A DNA stretch of 35,126 nt from a virus. Each line of letters opens with the position of its first letter. The stretch's first letter is position 1. Below, piece by piece: positions 31,028 to 35,126 of this stretch. The stretch lies in IMG/VR virus record IMGVR_UViG_3300045988_060248; one strand, written 5' to 3'. Below the pieces are notes generated by a model. That model was given only the letters and a program-made list of their open reading frames with translations, had not been told where the DNA came from and did not search any database. Made by a program: the position numbers and the translations under genes.

Positions 31028-31606
31028 TTACTTTACCACGCCAGCTGTGCGCTCTTCATCAACCCCCCACAATAATACTGACAGCTCGTTTATGATACCT
31101 GTTACCCAACGCCTTGGCGTATTCTTTCCTGTGTCCAGTTCCTCTGCAATTTCCGCATAATCCATGCCCTGCATGAAATACATTTCAAAAGCCTTGTACT
31201 CTACGCCTCTGCCTGCTGCCTCTCTGCGGCGTTCTATCTCTTCTATCGCCTTGTCTATATGCGCTGTCATTATCAATGTCTTAAAGCGTGTTCGTCTGAT
31301 ACTCTCTAAGTACGTACGCTGTTGCTCGTCCGTCATGCCCTTAAGCTCTAACTGCTGCCCGTCGCTTATGGCGTTCTCGATATGAAAAACCGCATCACGG
31401 TAACATTTCATAAGCGTAAAAGTGTTGTGGTATTTCTCTTTCTTCCGCTCCTGCTTTTCCTGTCGTTTCAGTTCCGTTATTGCAGCCTTTGCCTGTTTCT
31501 GCATCAGCTCTGTTAATTCGCTTTCGTGCAGCTGTACCCAGCTTTCAGCCTCTGGCGGCATTTCCACCCCTGCTGCCGCTGTTGTCTTTGTTTCTTCCTG
31601 CTCCAT
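31028..31606 (-). CDS. Sigma-70 region-4-like HTH protein (candidate late-gene activator/antiterminator)
   Basis: The C-terminus YKAFEMYFMQGMDYAEIAEELDTGKNTPRRWVTGIINELSVLL resembles sigma region 4 and phage RinA/ArpU/DUF1492-type regulators. It sits directly upstream of the late promoter region. Confidence 0.5.
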   Translation of the reverse strand: MEQEETKTTAAAGVEMPPEAESWVQLHESELTELMQKQAKAAITELKRQEKQERKKEKYHNTFTLMKCYRDAVFHIENAISDGQQLELKGMTDEQQRTYLESIRRTRFKTLIMTAHIDKAIEEIERRREAAGRGVEYKAFEMYFMQGMDYAEIAEELDTGKNTPRRWVTGIINELSVLLWGVDEERTAGVVK

Positions 31607-31626
31607 GTTCTGTACCTCGCTTTCTG

Positions 31627-32022
31627 TTAATTAAACGGCAGCTCTTCGTCTGCTCCCTCTGGGATATTCATAAACCCGTCACTCTCCGGCAGCTGCTGCC
31701 CTCTCGCCTCTGCCTCTGCTTTGCTCTCTCCAAATCCTACGCTATTTGCCACAACCTCTGTGTAATATACCTTGCCGCCCGTGCGCTGGCTCTCGTAGCT
31801 GCCCGTTTTAATCTTGCCCGTAACCTCTACCCTGCTGCCTTTGCTTAACCATTTCTGCGCCCATTCCGCAGTACGCCCGAAACACTTAATATTTATAAAA
31901 TCTGTGTCTTTCCCGTCGTCTACTGCAAGCGTAAAGCGGGTAATAGCTGTGCTGTTATCCTGCCCGCCGTATCTAAGCTCTGGCTCTCTTGTAAGCCGCC
32001 CTGTAAGTGATACGTTATTCAT
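31627..32022 (-). CDS. ssb: Single-stranded DNA-binding protein
   Basis: MNNVSLTGRLTREPELRY...FINIKCFGRTAEWAQKWLSKGSRVEVTGKIKTGSYE is the OB fold, with the acidic tail DEELPFN. Confidence 0.9.
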   Translation of the reverse strand: MNNVSLTGRLTREPELRYGGQDNSTAITRFTLAVDDGKDTDFINIKCFGRTAEWAQKWLSKGSRVEVTGKIKTGSYESQRTGGKVYYTEVVANSVGFGESKAEAEARGQQLPESDGFMNIPEGADEELPFN

Positions 32023-32110
32023 GCTTTCTGCTCCCCTCTTCCAGTTTGTCCAGCTTTGAAAATATAGCCAGCAATTCCAGTGCTATAATTCCCAGTAAAA
32101 TATTAGTCAT
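32015..32110 (-). CDS. Micro-ORF (31 aa; below the ORF-track cutoff)
   Basis: Hand translation gives MTNILLGIIALELLAIFSKLDKLEEGSRKHE. Its start overlaps the upstream stop and its stop overlaps the ssb start. Confidence 0.3.
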   Translation of the reverse strand: MTNILLGIIALELLAIFSKLDKLEEGSRKHE

Positions 32111-32381
32111 TTTCTACCGCCTCGCTTTCTTCTCTCAATCCTGCCGCTACATTGCTAAACGCCGCTGCTACGTTCTCGCATAACGTCGCCAGTGCTGGCT
32201 TTATACTCTGTACCAAGCGGTTAAGCGCTGTCGCCAATGTTTCTGCTGCTGTTGGCAATGTTTTATTTATCTGCCTTGCCATTTTTCTTGCAAGCCTGCG
32301 CTGTTTTCGCTTGTCCAGCTCTAACGGCGGGTTTACTCCGTGCTTTTTCTTGTAGTTCTTTTTCCACTGTCTGTATTTCAC
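32103..32381 (-). CDS. Hypothetical basic protein (92 aa)
   Basis: GTG start overlapping the upstream stop (GTGA). No family recognised. Confidence 0.45.
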   Translation of the reverse strand: MKYRQWKKNYKKKHGVNPPLELDKRKQRRLARKMARQINKTLPTAAETLATALNRLVQSIKPALATLCENVAAAFSNVAAGLREESEAVEND

Positions 32382-32545
32382 TGCTTACGCCCCTTTCTCC
32401 ATATTGCATACGGCAGTACCCATACTGGCGCTGTTATTATCAGCACCGCTTTTGCTATGCATATCATCACAAATACTGCTATGTCTACTGCTACCTGTAC
32501 AAATTCTTCCAGTGCATCTACTATACCGTCCATAAACTCAAACAT
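32378..32545 (-). CDS. Small membrane protein (55 aa; below the ORF-track cutoff)
   Basis: Hand translation gives MFEFMDGIVDALEEFVQVAVDIAVFVMICIAKAVLIITAPVWVLPYAIWRKGRKQ. Both ends overlap the neighbouring genes. Confidence 0.45.
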   Translation of the reverse strand: MFEFMDGIVDALEEFVQVAVDIAVFVMICIAKAVLIITAPVWVLPYAIWRKGRKQ

Positions 32546-32771
32546 TTACTACCTCGTTTTCCTGCTTAATCTCAACATTTCTGCCGCCTCGCTGCTTTAT
32601 AATTGCCTCTACGTGCAAGTATGCAGGCAGCATAACCACGCTACCTGTTCGTAACTGATATTCTACGCTTTTCCGCATCTTCTCGTATTGCTCTGCCTTA
32701 CAAAACGCCGTACAGCCCAGAATAATTGTAAATACCTGTGCTTTCTTCTTTTTCCGCTGCCGTCTATTCAT
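32538..32771 (-). CDS. Hypothetical protein (77 aa)
   Basis: The ATG overlaps the ParB-like stop region by 8 nt. Confidence 0.45.
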   Translation of the reverse strand: MNRRQRKKKKAQVFTIILGCTAFCKAEQYEKMRKSVEYQLRTGSVVMLPAYLHVEAIIKQRGGRNVEIKQENEVVNV

Positions 32772-34032
32772 GCTCTGCCCCGCTTTCCGTGTCCGTTTCG
32801 GACACCTCTCCCGTATAGTCTGTTACTCTGATACCCAGAATGCAGTAGCCCTCTGTAAGCCCTGTATAATCTTCCAGCATATAAATAATATCTGCATCAA
32901 TCGTGCGCCCTGTGTGCTTACCGTCCTTAAATTCCAGCATTTTAAGGCTGTCGCCCCGTTTATAGCCTCTGTCATTCTTCCGCAGTTCAAAGCTCTTTTT
33001 CCCGCTTACTACGTCCTCGTAATAAGATGCCACTATTTTTACCTCATGCTGCTTATGCTCTGTGTTTCCCTCGCTTGGCAGATGCTCCATTTTTTCTGCG
33101 TCTGTCCGCTCCTGCAATTTCTTCTTTGTCTGTCGGTCTATAGCGTCCTGCTCTTCGCTGTATCGCTGTTCGTCTGTCTTTTCAGCCTCTGCCTTATTTA
33201 TGTACTGGTCGCATTTCTGGCACGTTCCCGTTTTTACGTTGCAGTCCTTGTATTTCTGGCAGGAATAGCACAAAGACGTTATGCTTTCTGGGTGCGGTGT
33301 TTCGTAATCGTCCCCCGCCTTTTTCTCTGCTACCTTTTCCGCTATTTCCTTTGCCCTCACATTTTTGCCCGCTGCTGCCTTTTCTGCTATTTCTTTCTGC
33401 TCGTCCTCGTCCAGCTTGGCTGCCTCGTATGCAGCAGTGATACCTAAATTGCCCTCTTTCAGCTGCTCTTTAATCTCCGGCGTTGCGTTGTTGTTGATTG
33501 CGTCCATTCTGGCTACGTTTGTGCTGCTCTCGTTTATCATTGCTGCTACTAAATCACGCATTTTGCCCTGTATCTCTAATCCGTCCTCTTCCTTGGCTCT
33601 GATAAGCGCCGCTTTAGTACGCTCTACTAATCTAGTTTTTTCATAGGCTGTAAGTTCCTGCGTGTATCCATTGCCAGCCAATAAGCGCAGCTCATACATT
33701 GCCTCGCTCATATCCATAAAGCGGTAAAGCACTTTCTCATACTCCTTATGCCCCCGCTCTAAGTTCAAAATATTTGCCGCATTACGTCTGTGTCCGTCGA
33801 TTATGCGGTATTCCCCGTTTACCCTCGCTAATACTGTAGGCTGCTCCTGTCCTACGTGTAAAAAGCTGTCTGCCAGCTCTTCTATGTTCTCTAATTTCTG
33901 GTGCGTATTCTCCTGCGCTGCCTTTACCTCGTAAGGGCTTAAATAAATCTCTTTGTATCCGTCCGTCTGTGCCTGCTGCCCTGCTGCTTTCGTCTTTGCG
34001 TTCAGAATGTCGTTAATGCCAAACTTTGCCAT
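32764..34032 (-). CDS. ParB-like N-terminal domain protein fused to a Cys cluster and a C-terminal ASCH/DUF3850 (PUA-like) domain
   Basis: ParB/Srx box: ELADSFLHVGQEQPTVLARVNGEYRIIDGHRRNAA. Cys cluster: CYSCQKYKDCNVKTGTCQKC. DUF3850-like: HEVKIVASYYEDVVSGKKSFELRKNDRGYKRGDSLKMLEF. Confidence 0.7.
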   Translation of the reverse strand: MAKFGINDILNAKTKAAGQQAQTDGYKEIYLSPYEVKAAQENTHQKLENIEELADSFLHVGQEQPTVLARVNGEYRIIDGHRRNAANILNLERGHKEYEKVLYRFMDMSEAMYELRLLAGNGYTQELTAYEKTRLVERTKAALIRAKEEDGLEIQGKMRDLVAAMINESSTNVARMDAINNNATPEIKEQLKEGNLGITAAYEAAKLDEDEQKEIAEKAAAGKNVRAKEIAEKVAEKKAGDDYETPHPESITSLCYSCQKYKDCNVKTGTCQKCDQYINKAEAEKTDEQRYSEEQDAIDRQTKKKLQERTDAEKMEHLPSEGNTEHKQHEVKIVASYYEDVVSGKKSFELRKNDRGYKRGDSLKMLEFKDGKHTGRTIDADIIYMLEDYTGLTEGYCILGIRVTDYTGEVSETDTESGAEHE

Positions 34033-34037
34033 ATTCT

Positions 34038-34235
34038 CTACCTCGCTTTCTCAATCCTTTGTTTTTTCTTACACTGTCCCATTACTCCGTTGCACATTTC
34101 GCACGTTCTCCAATGCTCGCAAGCGTCGCTTTGCGGGCATTTCTGCCCTGCAAATTTGCCGCCCCAGTTCCAGCACTCCGTACCGCCAGTCCTGCGGCAA
34201 TGCCAGTAAACGCATAATCTCTCTTTATGTGCCAC
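34038..34235 (-). CDS. Small Cys-rich (9 Cys) protein between parA and the parB-like gene
   Basis: GTG at 34233-34235 has the RBS GAGGT, directly after the ParA stop. Sequence (V/M)AHKERLCVYWHCRRTGGTECWNWGG..CPQSDACEHWRTCEMCNGVMGQC. The ORF-track ATG extension overlaps ParA. Confidence 0.4.
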   Translation of the reverse strand: MAHKERLCVYWHCRRTGGTECWNWGGKFAGQKCPQSDACEHWRTCEMCNGVMGQCKKKQRIEKAR

Positions 34236-34240
34236 GATTG

Positions 34241-35044
34241 CTACCTCGCTTTCCCTGTATACGCTGTTACAAATTTCTTGTACCCCTGCGCCGCTCCGCA
34301 GCATGGGCTATACTCATAAATCGGCTTACGCATGAAAGTATTTTCTGCTACTTTCTTGGAATACCGAATAATACCCAGAATATTAAAATCTGTCTTTTGT
34401 TCCAGCCACTCTACGCCTGCTGCCTCGCCGTCTGTGTTCTGGTATGACGTAATCAGTACGCCTGCCAGCTTTAATGCTGGGTTAAATGCCTTTGCGTCCT
34501 CTATCTGCTCTGTCACAATGTCCAGCCCCTCTAAAGCGTCCTCGTCCACCTTTACGGGTACTATTACCTCGTCCGTGATCGCCAGCGCATTTACGACATT
34601 AAGCCCAATATCCGGCGGGTTATCAATGATGCAGTAATCGTACGCCCTCTCTGTTTCTATATAGTCAAACTTTGCATAGCCGAACCCCAGCACTTTTGCT
34701 GTTACCAACGCCTTGTATCTCTCTATTTGGTTTTCGCTGTCCTCTTTTGTTAAATTCCATGTAGCCCCAAATAATGACATATTTGCCGTTACAATGTCGA
34801 TACCCTCATACTCTGTATGCTGTATCAGCTCGTTTGCGCTTTCCCAGTCTCCAGCCAACAACTTTGTAACTGGTGCTACGTTTTCTGCGTCATATCTGCT
34901 GTACGCCTTGCTTAAATTTCCCTGCTTGTCGTTGTCAATCAGCAACACCTTATAGCCTCGCCTGTAAAGCTCATACGCCATGTTTGCCGCTGTAAAGGTC
35001 TTGGCTACGCCGCCCTTTAAGTTCAAAATGCTTATTGTTTTCAT
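34241..35044 (-). CDS. parA: ParA/Soj-family partition ATPase
   Basis: Deviant Walker A NLKGGVAKTFTAANMA, Walker A' LLIDNDKQGN and Walker B-like YCIIDNPP. Confidence 0.9.
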   Translation of the reverse strand: MKTISILNLKGGVAKTFTAANMAYELYRRGYKVLLIDNDKQGNLSKAYSRYDAENVAPVTKLLAGDWESANELIQHTEYEGIDIVTANMSLFGATWNLTKEDSENQIERYKALVTAKVLGFGYAKFDYIETERAYDYCIIDNPPDIGLNVVNALAITDEVIVPVKVDEDALEGLDIVTEQIEDAKAFNPALKLAGVLITSYQNTDGEAAGVEWLEQKTDFNILGIIRYSKKVAENTFMRKPIYEYSPCCGAAQGYKKFVTAYTGKAR

Positions 35045-35071
35045 TCTTTGCCTCTCTTTCCTGCGTCGCCC

Positions 35072-35126
35072 CTAACGCATGGTTACTGTTTCCTGTTCTT
35101 TTGTAAGCTCGTCTGAATGTAATAAA
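35072..35126. repeat. Terminal exact direct repeat, copy 2 of 2 (identical to 1-55)
   Basis: 55/55 identity with the window start. It duplicates the last 18 codons of the VRR-NUC gene. Confidence 0.95.

Noticed and set aside
35072-35126. The 55-nt terminal repeat considered as a biological direct terminal repeat or LTR
   Set aside because: Its length equals a common assembler k-mer, it cuts through the VRR-NUC coding sequence, and gene order is seamless across the junction. An assembly signature of circularity (or circular permutation) is the simpler reading; it is kept only as evidence of completeness.

Overview
This window is a complete, circularly closed genome. Its first 55 nt are identical to its last 55 nt, giving a unique length of 35,071 bp. 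It is a siphovirus-type, HK97-fold phage or phage-plasmid, probably from a low-GC Gram-positive (Clostridia-like) host; the host call is inference from strong AGGAG-type RBSs and from the amidase/SPOR/SH3b endolysin and holin types. Every credible protein gene and the single tRNA are on the minus strand. In transcription order (descending coordinates, wrapping 1 -> 35071) the modules are as follows. (1) A consensus promoter with a palindromic operator drives two micro-ORFs, an XRE repressor and a membrane HIRAN protein. (2) An IS30-family transposase. (3) An early region with a stand-alone IS30-type HTH, tRNA(CAT), a C5 DNA methyltransferase, a tandem OB-fold protein and a DUF4406-like protein. 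(4) A replication/partition module: pC194/phiX-type HUH Rep, VRR-NUC, ParA, a ParB-ASCH fusion and SSB. (5) A sigma-region-4-like regulator. (6) HNH, TerS, TerL, portal, protease and major capsid. (7) Connector and tail genes, tape measure, Dit and a Tal-position protein. (8) A tail-fibre module carrying a complete diversity-generating retroelement (DGR): a VR at the C-terminus of a 531-aa protein, a TR and a reverse transcriptase. (9) Holin and a four-domain endolysin. The strongest signal is the DGR. Its TR and VR are 110 nt long and differ at 14 positions, all of them TR adenines. It has no recognisable Avd accessory gene. The second notable signal is the only plus-strand transcription unit in the genome: a consensus promoter plus intrinsic terminator bracketing a ~62-nt RNA. 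That RNA is antisense to the leader of the rep gene and lies next to a terminator-like hairpin and a CTTGATA nick-site motif. This suggests plasmid-style countertranscript control of a rolling-circle replicon. No tyrosine or serine integrase is present. Family assignments come from motif recognition by eye; no database search was run.
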